From an uncultured Treponema sp. (GTDB lineage Bacteria > Spirochaetota > Spirochaetia > Treponematales > Treponemataceae), in the NCBI GenBank assembly GCA_937891125.1, contig CALAEZ010000009.1, positions 42,607 through 106,606 of the forward strand: a stretch of DNA of 64,000 nucleotides, written 5' to 3'. Shown one piece after another: positions 46,595-56,761 of the stretch; within the stretch, counting starts at the first letter, position 1; each line of letters opens with the position of its first letter. A model generated the notes under the pieces. The model worked only from the letters and a program-made list of their open reading frames with translations, did not search any database and was not told where the DNA came from. Made by a program: the position numbers and the translations under genes.

Positions 46595-49504
46595 CTATAG
46601 CACTTCGCCATGCGTATCGCCGTAGTTTGGCCCGCAGCCAGCGTCGAACTTCCATTCTACGGGAAGCCACGGGCATCGTTCCGCAGTGTTCTGCGTGATC
46701 AGCTTTTTAAGCTGCTGCATGATGCCGGTTGTTCCCTCGCGCACCTCAAACACGATGGAGTCGTGCACAGTGAGCAGCACGCGCCCGATGTTTTCGCTCT
46801 TGAGCCAGTTGTGTATGTCTATCAGGTTTCTGAGAACAGCGTCTGAACTCGTCGTCTGAATGCGTGCGTTCACGGCCTGGCGGCCCATTCGCGCCGCAGC
46901 AGCCCTGCTGTACGCGGCAATGGGAAAGCGCCTGCGGCGGCCTGTGTACGTGTATGCAAAATGAAAACGCTCGACAAAGCGCTGCGTATTTTCCATGTAG
47001 TCCTTTACGCCGGGATACGCCACAAAAAATCCGTCAAGGTACGCCTGGCATTGCTCCTCCGACTCGCGTATGCGCATTTCGTTCCATATCTGCTCCTGAA
47101 ACTTTTTGCCGCTCATTCCGTAAATTGTACCGAAGTTAACCTTTTTTGCCAGCTGCCGCTTGCGGTACTGGTCTGACGCCTTGTCTTCCTTGTGCGCCTT
47201 CAAGTCTTCATAGTCATACTCCGATATGCTCGCGCCTGTAAGGCAGTGTATGTCCTTGCCAAAATTGAAAGCGTCGATGAGGTTTTTGTCCCTTGAGTAC
47301 GCCGTAAGCATGCGCATCTCGGCATTGGAAATGTCAAGCTCGCATATTACGTATCCGGCAGCCGGCACAAACACGGACTTCACGTTTATTCCGGCCTCCT
47401 TCAAAAAGGCAGGAACCTGCTGCAGGTTCGGGTTTGAACTTGACAGCCGGAACGTAGCCGTGCCTATCTGGTTGAAAGAGCAGTGCAGCTTTCCGTCAAG
47501 CTCGCTCATCTTCAGCCACTTTTCAAAGTATGTGGACAGATGCTTTTCGAGCACGCGGTATGCCAGCAGGTCACGCAAAAACGGCAGGTCATGCTCGTCG
47601 CACAGCTGGCGAAGCGTATCGGCGTCCGTAGATGCCGCCCCGCTTTCCGTGCGCTTTAAAACAGGCAGCTTCATGTCTTCAAACAGGATCTTTGCGAGGT
47701 CCGGCGCCGACGAAGACAGCTTGAACTTGTACCCGACATGCTGATACAGCGAGTCCCTGAGCTCATCCATTTTTTTGCGCGTTGTTTCGGCGTATTGCGC
47801 ACAAAGGTCGCGGTCTATGCACACGCCGTTGTACTCCATGTCTGCAATGACCGAAGACAGCGGCATGTCAATTTCCTTGAACGCCGTCAGCAAAGGCTTT
47901 GTCATAATCTTGCCTACAATCTCCTTTTCTACCCGCTTTACGCGATGCGTATCGTTGTAAAACTCGGGGATTTGCTGAGCGGCGATCATGCGCGTGGCCT
48001 GCGCGTCAATGGCTGCGTACCAGAGCAGCGAGCCTACATCAACGTCCTCAAACGTCGTCTTCTTTGGCTGCTCAGGAAAGTCTTTCTCCGGCAATTGAAG
48101 GCCGTCGAGCTCCGATGTGTCAATCGCTGACAGTACGCGGGACATGGCTGCAGAAGCCTTTTTAGGTATGACCAGCTCTCCTTTCACCTTGCGCTTTTTT
48201 ACGTTGCCGAGAACTTTGGCTTCTTCTGCAGTAACGCGCATGCTTGCGAACCACGAGGCCAGCAGCTTCCTGCGCTCCGCTTCATCCTTGTCCAGCCACC
48301 ACTGCACGCGCGCCTCCTGCACGCGCAGCTTCCAGGCTTCGTTCTTGTTTTTCCAGTCCTCGTTAAACTCGGTCTGCTTTTTAGCCAGGGCCTCCTTGAG
48401 TTCCTGTTCATACTTGCCCATTGCCGGAAAGCGGTCCCGCGTAATGTCCTTCAGCGAATATTGGCCCTTCTTATCCTCGTCAAGACAGTGCTCGGCAAGC
48501 TGGCAATCGTAGCCGCACGGATTGATGTTCATCGCGTATCGATAACGCAGCCACTGCATGTCAAATTTGCCGTTGCACATGACAAGCGTCACGTGCGGAT
48601 TACCGAGCAGCCGCTCCGTAGCGTCTTTGACAGCGGCAAACTCATCTGGCGGAAATGGGTTTTGCATGTGCTCAAATGGGTAGGCAATGCCCTCGCCATC
48701 CCTGTACGCAAGGGACACGGCAATGACACGGTCATTTGGGTTTGATGGCGTGAGCGACGTTGTTTCTGTATCAACGGCGAGCATGAGATTGCGGCTTGAC
48801 GCAGCAAACTTGGCGTCGGCAGCGCAAGAAATCTCGTTGAGCTTTGCAACTATTTCGTCAGCCTTGCGCAGAACGACGGCATTCAGCGTTCCGCCAAAGT
48901 CATACCCTGACGCAATGCGCAGCGCCTTGTCGATATCTTTTTCGAGCGTGGGAAACAGGCCAGGAGACCGCGTGGCCTCGACGATATGGAACGTGGCCAC
49001 CATAGGCACGCGCGTGCCGTCATTCAGCTTGATGTCGTATATGCCTCCGCGCATTGCCGAGGCGTTCTGCTTGAAACCAAGCGCCTTTACAGCATCCGTC
49101 CCCATGGCAACAATGGCTTTTGGCTTGTACGCATCCAAGTCGCGCAGCAAGTTTACAGAGCATTGCTGCACATTTTCGGTATTGTACGCGAATTTTTTTG
49201 CTTCGCTGTCATACCTGGGCTCGCAGCGCACAGCATGTGTGTACGCGACGCTTGGCCTGATGTCGTTGTTGTAGCACTTTCTCCTAGCTTCCACCATCTT
49301 GCGCAGTATGTCGCCGTTCTGCGTGGTGAACGCACCACGTTCTGACTCTCCAGGCATGGGAAATCCGCAGACAATCACCACGTCTGCGGACGCTATGACA
49401 CCTAGGGGCTGCACATACGGCCTGTCCCGCAAAGAACAGCGCGTGCATACGCCAGCTTTCTGCATAAAAAACTCCAATGCATGTCTATAGCTAATGCGGC
49501 TCAT
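46595..49504 (-). CDS. polA: family A DNA polymerase with N-terminal UDG-like domain and 3'-5' exonuclease
   Basis: CTRC...AVRC...C UDG4-like domain; VDTET, NGKFD, YAAIDA exonuclease motifs; RLSSSNPNLQ, AKKVNFGTIYG, VHDS polymerase motifs; start uncertain. Confidence 0.9.
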   Translation of the reverse strand: MSRISYRHALEFFMQKAGVCTRCSLRDRPYVQPLGVIASADVVIVCGFPMPGESERGAFTTQNGDILRKMVEARRKCYNNDIRPSVAYTHAVRCEPRYDSEAKKFAYNTENVQQCSVNLLRDLDAYKPKAIVAMGTDAVKALGFKQNASAMRGGIYDIKLNDGTRVPMVATFHIVEATRSPGLFPTLEKDIDKALRIASGYDFGGTLNAVVLRKADEIVAKLNEISCAADAKFAASSRNLMLAVDTETTSLTPSNPNDRVIAVSLAYRDGEGIAYPFEHMQNPFPPDEFAAVKDATERLLGNPHVTLVMCNGKFDMQWLRYRYAMNINPCGYDCQLAEHCLDEDKKGQYSLKDITRDRFPAMGKYEQELKEALAKKQTEFNEDWKNKNEAWKLRVQEARVQWWLDKDEAERRKLLASWFASMRVTAEEAKVLGNVKKRKVKGELVIPKKASAAMSRVLSAIDTSELDGLQLPEKDFPEQPKKTTFEDVDVGSLLWYAAIDAQATRMIAAQQIPEFYNDTHRVKRVEKEIVGKIMTKPLLTAFKEIDMPLSSVIADMEYNGVCIDRDLCAQYAETTRKKMDELRDSLYQHVGYKFKLSSSAPDLAKILFEDMKLPVLKRTESGAASTDADTLRQLCDEHDLPFLRDLLAYRVLEKHLSTYFEKWLKMSELDGKLHCSFNQIGTATFRLSSSNPNLQQVPAFLKEAGINVKSVFVPAAGYVICELDISNAEMRMLTAYSRDKNLIDAFNFGKDIHCLTGASISEYDYEDLKAHKEDKASDQYRKRQLAKKVNFGTIYGMSGKKFQEQIWNEMRIRESEEQCQAYLDGFFVAYPGVKDYMENTQRFVERFHFAYTYTGRRRRFPIAAYSRAAAARMGRQAVNARIQTTSSDAVLRNLIDIHNWLKSENIGRVLLTVHDSIVFEVREGTTGIMQQLKKLITQNTAERCPWLPVEWKFDAGCGPNYGDTHGEVL

Positions 49505-49594
49505 GTAGGTGTATGCGCCGCGATACACTCGCGGCGCAGCATGTTTTGCAGTCGCGCCTGCGCATGCCTTTGCGCAGGCGCGCCATGTTTATGG

Positions 49595-52500
49595 TTAGAA
49601 GGAATACCCTCCGTCCTCATCTTCGTACGCTTCTATGGGAACGTCATTGCCTGTCCCATCCCATGTGCTGCTGCTTTTCTCCTTGCCGGACTTCAGGCTT
49701 CGCGAAAACGACAGCGCAAGCGCTTCCTGATCCTCTTCCGGCATGAGGACTCCCAGGCTTATCACCGAATACTCGGTCTTGGCATGGATCCCCTTGATGT
49801 TCAGGTAATCAACGATGTACTTGTGCTCAGCGTCCGTTATGTCAGCGACAATGTACTTGCTCTGCAGCGCTTCTTCGCGCATGGCGTTTTCTCTCATGCG
49901 CGAATATTCATACGTATGCCGGAAGATGTTGTGCTTGATAAACTGCCACACAAGCACGATCCACTTCTTTTCCGGTATGCAGTAAACGCCGCTGTCAGCG
50001 TAGTTGAGCGTCTTGATGTCGCCGTTCATAATCAGCGTCCTGGCCTGAACGTAGTCCACGATGCCATCAGCCTTTGTGGCCTTGATACCGGGGATGTTCA
50101 GCGCTGCGTTGATCACGTCGTTTGTCTCATCCGTGTTGTTGATGGCCTCGAGCCGGTCGCGGTTTATGGCGACCAAGTCCTTGAACATGCCCATCACGTC
50201 TTCTTCCGGGCAGGCCATGGACAATACGGCAAGCCCTGGAAGCACGAGGCGCACGAAGCGCGTGTTGCCGCCGACTTCCTTTATCGCCGCGTCAAACGTG
50301 CGCTTGAGCTCGTTGGCGCGCTTTACGAGCTGCGGCATGTACGGGAGCATGGCCAGCGTCACCTGCTGGCGCATCAAGGCGTACTCTTCGTCCGTGAACT
50401 TTTCGGAGATGGCCGTCTCGCAGGCTTTCATCTTCGGATCCTTGGCCGTCATGATGACAAACACGCGGGACATGAACACGTCGTCCGAGTACATCTTGAT
50501 GCCGGCCATTATGACGGGCATGAACATGACGTATCCGACAGTGTTTGCCGACCCGTCCTGGCTTGCCCTGTCAATTACGCCTCCGCCCGTTGGTACGCCG
50601 TACAGCGCAGTCTGTATTTCTTTTACCTGGCTGCCATGCGTCGTCTTTTGGTCGTTCTCAGACTCGTCAAAGCACATCAGCAGCGCCGTCCTGTTCGCTT
50701 CGCGCTGAAGCCATGCCAGCGACGCGTTCATCGTGTACTTTGCGCATTCCACAAGGGGCTTTACGGGGTTGTTGTTATGCAGCCCGCCAAGCAATCCTTG
50801 CAAAAACGCCGTCTTGCCCGATGACGTAGGCCCCTGCAAAAACGCCATCGTGACAAAGCCCATGGCCGTCATGACGGGGATCGCCATGAGGTACGCAGGC
50901 AGGTAGCGCTGCATGATGTCGTTGTTCTTGAAGCGCCAGCAGCCGATGACCTTTTTGACGTTTTCGTACAGCGTGTGCAGGTCTATGCGCGTTGCCGCGT
51001 ACAAGTCATCGACGTCGTTGATAAACGACCACGTCTGCGACTTGTCCAGCTTGAAGAGCATGCCGCAGTCAACGTTGCTGTTGATGTGCTCCCACTCCAC
51101 AGGCAGGCCAGTGCCCTTGCCGTACGTGCCGCGGAACAGCTTTGGGCCGTTTACGACGTACACGTAGTTCATGCGCTTTGCTTCGTCGGACAGGTCATTG
51201 TAATGTATGCCCTGCCCGATGGGCTTGAGCTCGTCAAGCGAACGGCACTTGTAGCTCATGCTCTCAAGCACTTGCCGCATGATGAACTTGGCATTTTCTG
51301 ACCGCTTCTTTTCGGCATCCATGCCTGTCGGGTCGCACTTGTCGCTCTTTGGCTCGATAACGCTGCCGCTGCCAAGGTGCGTGCGCAGCCACTCGACAAG
51401 CGTCATGCCTATGTGCTGGGCAAACATCATGCTGAACGACATGTCGTTTGTCGGCACGACAACTTCTTCAAAGCGCGTTTTTGACCACATGTGATAGATC
51501 GTCTTGCCTTCCTTGCGCTCGTAAAACGCCATGTCCAGATAGTTTGGCAATGTGCGCTTTACGATTTCCATGGCGCCTTCCGTCGTGTTCGGACGGTATA
51601 CGCCAGCTCCGGTTGGCTCGAGCTCAGTCACGTCGCGCCCCAGCTTTTGCGAGCAGGCCTGCAGGTACACCTTGAGGTCGGACGGATCGCTGAGGCACTG
51701 GCCCCACTGCCGAACGATGTCCACGGCTTCGCGCATGTAGTCGTCAGAGTTGTTCTTGCGGGCAGTCTCCAGCGAAGTTTTCACGTCCTCAAGCTTGGTT
51801 TCCCACCCTTCGGGCTTGTTGCGCTCGATGCTGCGCATCTTGCCCTCGGCGTCAGACTCCGTTTGCGCTATCTTGGCGTCGTAGCTTGCACGCACGCGCT
51901 CGATGTCCTCGTTGCACTTGCGCTCTACCCAAGGCAGCGCGTTGAGGAAGTTGTCGCCGTTTTCAAGGTAGGTTGACACCGTCTCGTACCCTGAAAGCTG
52001 AACCGCTTCGTCAAGGTCTCCGCCAGGCAGCTCCACAGGCCAGTTAAAGAGCTTGAACTGCAGGCGTATGTTGCTGCTGTCCCGCGTGAAGTTGTTTTTG
52101 TCGCGCAAAAACGCAGCGGCAACGCTGTCTCCGTTTTTTGCCGGGCTGTCCTGCACAAGGTACACGATGCGCAGCCCGAACTCGCGCAGGTTGCCAACGT
52201 TCGTATTGCCCTTGCCGCCCGACGCAAGCATGACAATGTCATGCCTGCCTGTCTGCAGCTGTCCAGCCATGACGGACAACGCGTCAAACTCGCCCTCCGT
52301 CACGTACACGCACGATTCCGTTGAGCCTATGCTGCGCGCATAGTGATGAAGACCGAACAAGCCTGTGCCTGCCACATACGGATCGTCCATGACGCGGAAA
52401 TCATGCTGGAACAGGTTTTTATACAGGTCTGCCGGTGCGCTTTCCTTAGACCGTATGACATCCATCACCTTGCGCACGCTGCCGCTTATCAGGCGCACCT

Positions 52501-53191
52501 TGAACCGCGAAATCGTGCCCGGGCTGTCGTTGTAGTGAAAGATTACGGCGCCCCAGTAATTGCTGCTCGCGTATTTTTGAAAGTACGCGTCATACGCTGA
52601 GTGCAGCTCTTCCGGCATGTACTTTTTAGCATGTTCAGGCTTTGGAAACACCGCCACAGGCAGTGATCCAAGCACATCCACGGACAAGTTGCGTCCTTTG
52701 GTCAGGTACAAAAAACCTGGCTCGAGATACGACAGGTATTCCGGCTTTTCCCTGATGTATTCCTGGAGCACCTGCGTAAACGCCATGGCAGCAGCCTTTT
52801 TAGTGGCCTGCACCTGCGAATACGCGCCAAACTGGTCGGCGTTTTCCTTGCCGATCACCGAAGAGAGGTCAATGCGCTCGTCCAGCCACAGAAACGCCTC
52901 GTTTTCAGACACTTTCAGCAGGTGGGCAAAGAGCTTTATTATGTTGTCAACGTATTTGCCGCAGGCTCCGAAGCAGCGCCCGTATCCCTTGGCAAAATCG
53001 AGGACAAAAGAAGGGTCGTTGTCGTTGTGGTATGGACAGCGGCCCTTTATCGTCGTTCCTGATAACTGCCAGTCATTTTGCGGAGACACCTCGCGCAAAA
53101 GCTGGCACCACATTCCAGGGTTTACGTGCCTCCAGAGCTTTCGCAAGCTTTCGGGCATTCCGATGTACCCCTGCTTTTTTCTTGCCGCCAT
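49595..53191 (-). CDS. DNA primase-helicase fusion
   Basis: CPYHNDNDPS...CFGAC zinc finger; VTEGEFDALS TOPRIM; GPTSSGKT Walker A and FDESE. Confidence 0.8.
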   Translation of the reverse strand: MAARKKQGYIGMPESLRKLWRHVNPGMWCQLLREVSPQNDWQLSGTTIKGRCPYHNDNDPSFVLDFAKGYGRCFGACGKYVDNIIKLFAHLLKVSENEAFLWLDERIDLSSVIGKENADQFGAYSQVQATKKAAAMAFTQVLQEYIREKPEYLSYLEPGFLYLTKGRNLSVDVLGSLPVAVFPKPEHAKKYMPEELHSAYDAYFQKYASSNYWGAVIFHYNDSPGTISRFKVRLISGSVRKVMDVIRSKESAPADLYKNLFQHDFRVMDDPYVAGTGLFGLHHYARSIGSTESCVYVTEGEFDALSVMAGQLQTGRHDIVMLASGGKGNTNVGNLREFGLRIVYLVQDSPAKNGDSVAAAFLRDKNNFTRDSSNIRLQFKLFNWPVELPGGDLDEAVQLSGYETVSTYLENGDNFLNALPWVERKCNEDIERVRASYDAKIAQTESDAEGKMRSIERNKPEGWETKLEDVKTSLETARKNNSDDYMREAVDIVRQWGQCLSDPSDLKVYLQACSQKLGRDVTELEPTGAGVYRPNTTEGAMEIVKRTLPNYLDMAFYERKEGKTIYHMWSKTRFEEVVVPTNDMSFSMMFAQHIGMTLVEWLRTHLGSGSVIEPKSDKCDPTGMDAEKKRSENAKFIMRQVLESMSYKCRSLDELKPIGQGIHYNDLSDEAKRMNYVYVVNGPKLFRGTYGKGTGLPVEWEHINSNVDCGMLFKLDKSQTWSFINDVDDLYAATRIDLHTLYENVKKVIGCWRFKNNDIMQRYLPAYLMAIPVMTAMGFVTMAFLQGPTSSGKTAFLQGLLGGLHNNNPVKPLVECAKYTMNASLAWLQREANRTALLMCFDESENDQKTTHGSQVKEIQTALYGVPTGGGVIDRASQDGSANTVGYVMFMPVIMAGIKMYSDDVFMSRVFVIMTAKDPKMKACETAISEKFTDEEYALMRQQVTLAMLPYMPQLVKRANELKRTFDAAIKEVGGNTRFVRLVLPGLAVLSMACPEEDVMGMFKDLVAINRDRLEAINNTDETNDVINAALNIPGIKATKADGIVDYVQARTLIMNGDIKTLNYADSGVYCIPEKKWIVLVWQFIKHNIFRHTYEYSRMRENAMREEALQSKYIVADITDAEHKYIVDYLNIKGIHAKTEYSVISLGVLMPEEDQEALALSFSRSLKSGKEKSSSTWDGTGNDVPIEAYEDEDGGYSF

Positions 53192-54009
53192 GCATTCTCC
53201 TTTGGGCATCCGCGGGAAAACGCGCACCACTGGCACAAGCCGGACGTGCGCGGTTCCGCATCGCCAGATTCCAATGCTTCCAAATAATCCGTGAACAAGC
53301 TTTTCAGGCGCTCCTCCAGCGCAGGCAGCGCCAACCGTGCATAACTGCCCGCTGTGACGAACCGTTCGTCCTGGAGGAACGCCGTTACCGTCTGCACCTT
53401 CTGAACCTCCGGAAAACCGCGCAGCAATGCGTAGGCGTAGAGCATTGTCTGCAATTCTGTCTTTTCTGACCGCTCTTCCGTATATGGTTCAGACTTGTAA
53501 TCCACGATGATTCCCTTTCCGCCGGCAATCATGGTGAGGTCTGCATAACCTTGCCATGCTATTTCACGACAGGGGAACCTGGTCATTACTTCCCAGTTTC
53601 TGTCCATGGCAAAGCGGTGTTCGGTAAGCACGTCTGCGCCGAACTTTGCCGCCATGCCTAGAAGCCGCGCAAGGACACGTCCAGCAGGTTCTCGGAGGGA
53701 TAGCATGCGCTGACGAGTACCTGGGTATGTCGCCTGCTCCAGCATCACGCTGAACAGCACTTCGTAGCACGCTTTATCATAAGCAAATTCCTTGGCCCGC
53801 ATGCAGCGTTCAACGGCGTACTCAAGCGTTTTGTGCATGAGCGAACCAGCCTCGGCTGCAGACGGATCTTCGGGCTCGTCCTGTTCCTTGAGCCTTTTCC
53901 TGTATTTCAGGTCAAAGCTCCTCGGACAGGTGAGCAGCAGGTTAATCCTCGACCATGACATTGGCAGGGCTCCTGCATGCTCCCCGATCTTGCTTATGAT
54001 ATTGCGCAT
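53122..54009 (-). CDS. PD-(D/E)XK nuclease (AddB/Cas4-like)
   Basis: SWSRI...CPR, GSLMHKTLE, GYADL, VDYKS, QTMLYA, CQWC. Confidence 0.8.
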   Translation of the reverse strand: MRNIISKIGEHAGALPMSWSRINLLLTCPRSFDLKYRKRLKEQDEPEDPSAAEAGSLMHKTLEYAVERCMRAKEFAYDKACYEVLFSVMLEQATYPGTRQRMLSLREPAGRVLARLLGMAAKFGADVLTEHRFAMDRNWEVMTRFPCREIAWQGYADLTMIAGGKGIIVDYKSEPYTEERSEKTELQTMLYAYALLRGFPEVQKVQTVTAFLQDERFVTAGSYARLALPALEERLKSLFTDYLEALESGDAEPRTSGLCQWCAFSRGCPKENAWRQEKSRGTSECPKACESSGGT

Positions 54010-54026
54010 CGTGGACACCACCAGTC

Positions 54027-54281
54027 TTATTCCGTCACGTCCTTGCGGTACGTGACGACGCTTTTGGCTGGGATGGTGAGCTGCTCACCTGTGTTGGGAT
54101 TGCGCCCGCGGCGTTCTGCAAGCTTGCGCAGCTTGAATTTGTGACCGCCTGCGAGGCACCTCCCTTCACGGATGGTAGCTTCAATGATGGTGTTGAGAAC
54201 GGTGTCCAGCACCACGATGGTCTTTCGTATTGAAAGGCCAAGGCGCTGGGACAATAACGATACGAGCTTTTTCTTGTTCAC
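54027..54281 (-). CDS. hup: HU/IHF-like DNA-binding protein
   Basis: MNKKKLV...RRGRNPNTGEQLTIPAK. Confidence 0.85.
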   Translation of the reverse strand: MNKKKLVSLLSQRLGLSIRKTIVVLDTVLNTIIEATIREGRCLAGGHKFKLRKLAERRGRNPNTGEQLTIPAKSVVTYRKDVTE

Positions 54282-54302
54282 GATGATTGTCCTTGTTTGG
54301 GT

Positions 54303-55205
54303 TTAGAACTCGAATTCTTCTGCGGATGCAACGGCAGCCTCGGCCCCTGCAGTGTTTATGGCGTCTCCGACAATCTTCACGCCCTTTGTGTTTTCTTCGT
54401 CAGAGAGCCTCTCTTTCTCTTCATTGGGCTTTATGTACGTTGTCAGGTAATGCGCGCACATCGGTATGAACTTTGACGGCTTGCTTTCGTCATATACCGG
54501 TGTGAATACGGGGACATAGTATGTCTCGTTTTCCTCCACGGTGAGGCGCAGGGCATAGTCGTAGGCATTCTGCCTTTTTAACCGCGCCACGTTTTGCACG
54601 CGGTTGTACATGCGCTGCAGCTTTGTCCATGCCGCATACCCAGAACCCCTGAGCGCCATGCGCAATGGGAAAGGAAGTTCTGGATCCGTTATGTCCAGGA
54701 AGGCAAGCACGATGGACTTGCGGCATTCGGGCTTTTCTCCGTTTGGCCCCCACACTGCCTTTGGACAGATCGGCTCCTGATACACGCCATTCTTGCCGTA
54801 CTTGATTTCTCCGCAAACTGTGCTCAACGGCGAGTACAGCTTTGGAGACGGAGCGATGCCGTCAAAGCTGTAGCAAACCGCCTTATTCTCCTTTTTCGGA
54901 TCATACGGGCCATTGTACATCGCCTGCATGAAGCGAACAACTGTGATGGGAACGAGGATACGCTCCGTGCTGAATTCTTCGAGCCCATCAATGTACAGCT
55001 CGCCATCATGCCCCTTGAACTTCGGGTCCTTGGACATGCTCCCCTGCACGATACGGATGGTAAACACGTCCGTAAGCAACGGGTACTTTTTGCCATTGAT
55101 CAGAGCAACGTCGCCATCCTCGTCAAACGTTATCTCCATGTTCCTTTTCTGCATGGTCTCAGGAAGAAACTCTTCCTTTACAACACCGTTGAAACCACCG
55201 GCCAT
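54303..55205 (-). CDS. putative ssDNA-binding/recombination protein
   Basis: VCYSFDGIAP motif, Cys cluster, acidic-aromatic C-terminus EEFEF; replication module context. Confidence 0.5.
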   Translation of the reverse strand: MAGGFNGVVKEEFLPETMQKRNMEITFDEDGDVALINGKKYPLLTDVFTIRIVQGSMSKDPKFKGHDGELYIDGLEEFSTERILVPITVVRFMQAMYNGPYDPKKENKAVCYSFDGIAPSPKLYSPLSTVCGEIKYGKNGVYQEPICPKAVWGPNGEKPECRKSIVLAFLDITDPELPFPLRMALRGSGYAAWTKLQRMYNRVQNVARLKRQNAYDYALRLTVEENETYYVPVFTPVYDESKPSKFIPMCAHYLTTYIKPNEEKERLSDEENTKGVKIVGDAINTAGAEAAVASAEEFEF

Positions 55206-55418
55206 AATGTTCTCCTTAGTTGAGGTTACTGGTATATTGTCGCGTTTTCCGCAAAAGTTTAACGGCATACGCAACATTTCTTTCACTTATAACATAACCT
55301 CTCATTTTCTTTGGATAAAGAAAGTGAATTCATAATTATGAAATGGACAATTTTACAGGGATTGTTGTATTACTTTTAGCGTAGGCGAAACATATTTACA
55401 CAGGAAAAGGTGAGTGCT

Positions 55419-56438
55419 ATGGGAAGCAGTACGAAAGGGTATAACGGCGGCGTCGTTAACTCTGTATCCAACTACAGGAAGCGCCTGTTCAAAGCGCGGT
55501 ACGGCGATCAGAAGCCGCCGGATTCTGATCAGGCAGCCGTTGAAAAAATGCTGTGGGAATACAAGGATCCGGCATGCACTGAGGAGCGCAAGAACGAGCT
55601 GCGGCATGACATACTGATGCGCCTGTTCTTTTTGTTTCCGCATTACCTGAAAAAGAACTACCACCTCACTGCGGAGCTGTTCAACGACGCCATACAGAAC
55701 ATGACCGTGAACACGCTGCAGGCGATAGAGCTTTTCAAGCCAGAGCTCGGGTTTCCTTTTACAAATTATCTCATAGGATATTTCAGGGATGCTGCGACAA
55801 AGACGCTGAAGGCATGCAACGTCGTGAGCACGGCAACGCTGCGCCAGGCTGCCATCGATGCCGCCTTGCCTGCTGACGGCGTTGAAAGCGCAAAGAACCC
55901 CTATGTCGTCTTTGGCGCTGACGACTATGACGAGCAGGGCAACAGGATCACGGACGCAGACGAATACGATGCGCAAGGCAACCGCGTTGGAGATTCTGAG
56001 CGCGGCATCTCCATGGCCGAAAGCGACGAGGAGCGAAGCTCTGCCCTTGACGATCCGCTGCGGCAAAACGAGCTTGTCATACGCGGAGCTTCCTACGTGC
56101 GCGGCAACGCCGTCGAGCTTGACGACAACCGCATTTACGCCATGGCTCCAGGCATGGAACAGGAAGTGAACGCTGACGATCGCATGCACTCTGCGCAGCT
56201 CATCGACTGGCTTGAACAGGCGCTGAGTGAAAAGTCTGGCGTTTTAACCCCAGATGAAAGACTTGTGCTGATACATCACTACGGCTTGTTTGGCCAGCCG
56301 CAGCTGAAATATGAAGAAATCGCCAAGATCCGCAAGGCCAATGGCCGCGGCTGCGCCTGCTCGCGCATTTCGCAGATAAACACGGCGGCCATAAAAAAGG
56401 TCCGCGAATACTTTTTGCAGAATAACATTACGCTTTAG
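55419..56438 (+). CDS. sigma-70-family factor
   Basis: AIELFKPELGFPFTNY (region 2) and LTPDERLVLIHHYGL...YEEIA...SRISQINTAAIKKVR (region 4). Confidence 0.8.
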   Translation: MGSSTKGYNGGVVNSVSNYRKRLFKARYGDQKPPDSDQAAVEKMLWEYKDPACTEERKNELRHDILMRLFFLFPHYLKKNYHLTAELFNDAIQNMTVNTLQAIELFKPELGFPFTNYLIGYFRDAATKTLKACNVVSTATLRQAAIDAALPADGVESAKNPYVVFGADDYDEQGNRITDADEYDAQGNRVGDSERGISMAESDEERSSALDDPLRQNELVIRGASYVRGNAVELDDNRIYAMAPGMEQEVNADDRMHSAQLIDWLEQALSEKSGVLTPDERLVLIHHYGLFGQPQLKYEEIAKIRKANGRGCACSRISQINTAAIKKVREYFLQNNITL

Positions 56439-56449
56439 TTTTTTACATT

Positions 56450-56486
56450 GCTAAAAATAAAGCCCGGCGCAATGCCGGGCTTTTTG
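56450..56486. terminator. bidirectional terminator
   Basis: AAAGCCCGGC GCAAT GCCGGGCTTTTT. Confidence 0.8.
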
Positions 56487-56488
56487 CA

Positions 56489-56761
56489 TTACGGCTTTGC
56501 TGGCCTTGCCGTAAGCATTTTATAGTTGAAATTGTCAAAGAACAGCGCGTGGCAGTTAGGGCACACGACAATGTTTGCTGGCTTTCCGGCAAACGTGTGC
56601 ACGTTTGGCAAGGATACGCTGTGCTCCGGCCTTACTGCCTGCCCGCATACTGGGCAGGACTGGCGCAGCTTTGACAGCTTTATCAGGCAGTCGCGGCATG
56701 TTGCCTTGCCGTCAAAGATGACTCCGCGGCTGACCTCATGTCCACATATCTCACATTGCAT
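56489..56761 (-). CDS. multi-CxxC zinc-finger protein
   Basis: CEIC, CRDC, CPVC, CPNC in 90 aa. Confidence 0.7.
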   Translation of the reverse strand: MQCEICGHEVSRGVIFDGKATCRDCLIKLSKLRQSCPVCGQAVRPEHSVSLPNVHTFAGKPANIVVCPNCHALFFDNFNYKMLTARPAKP

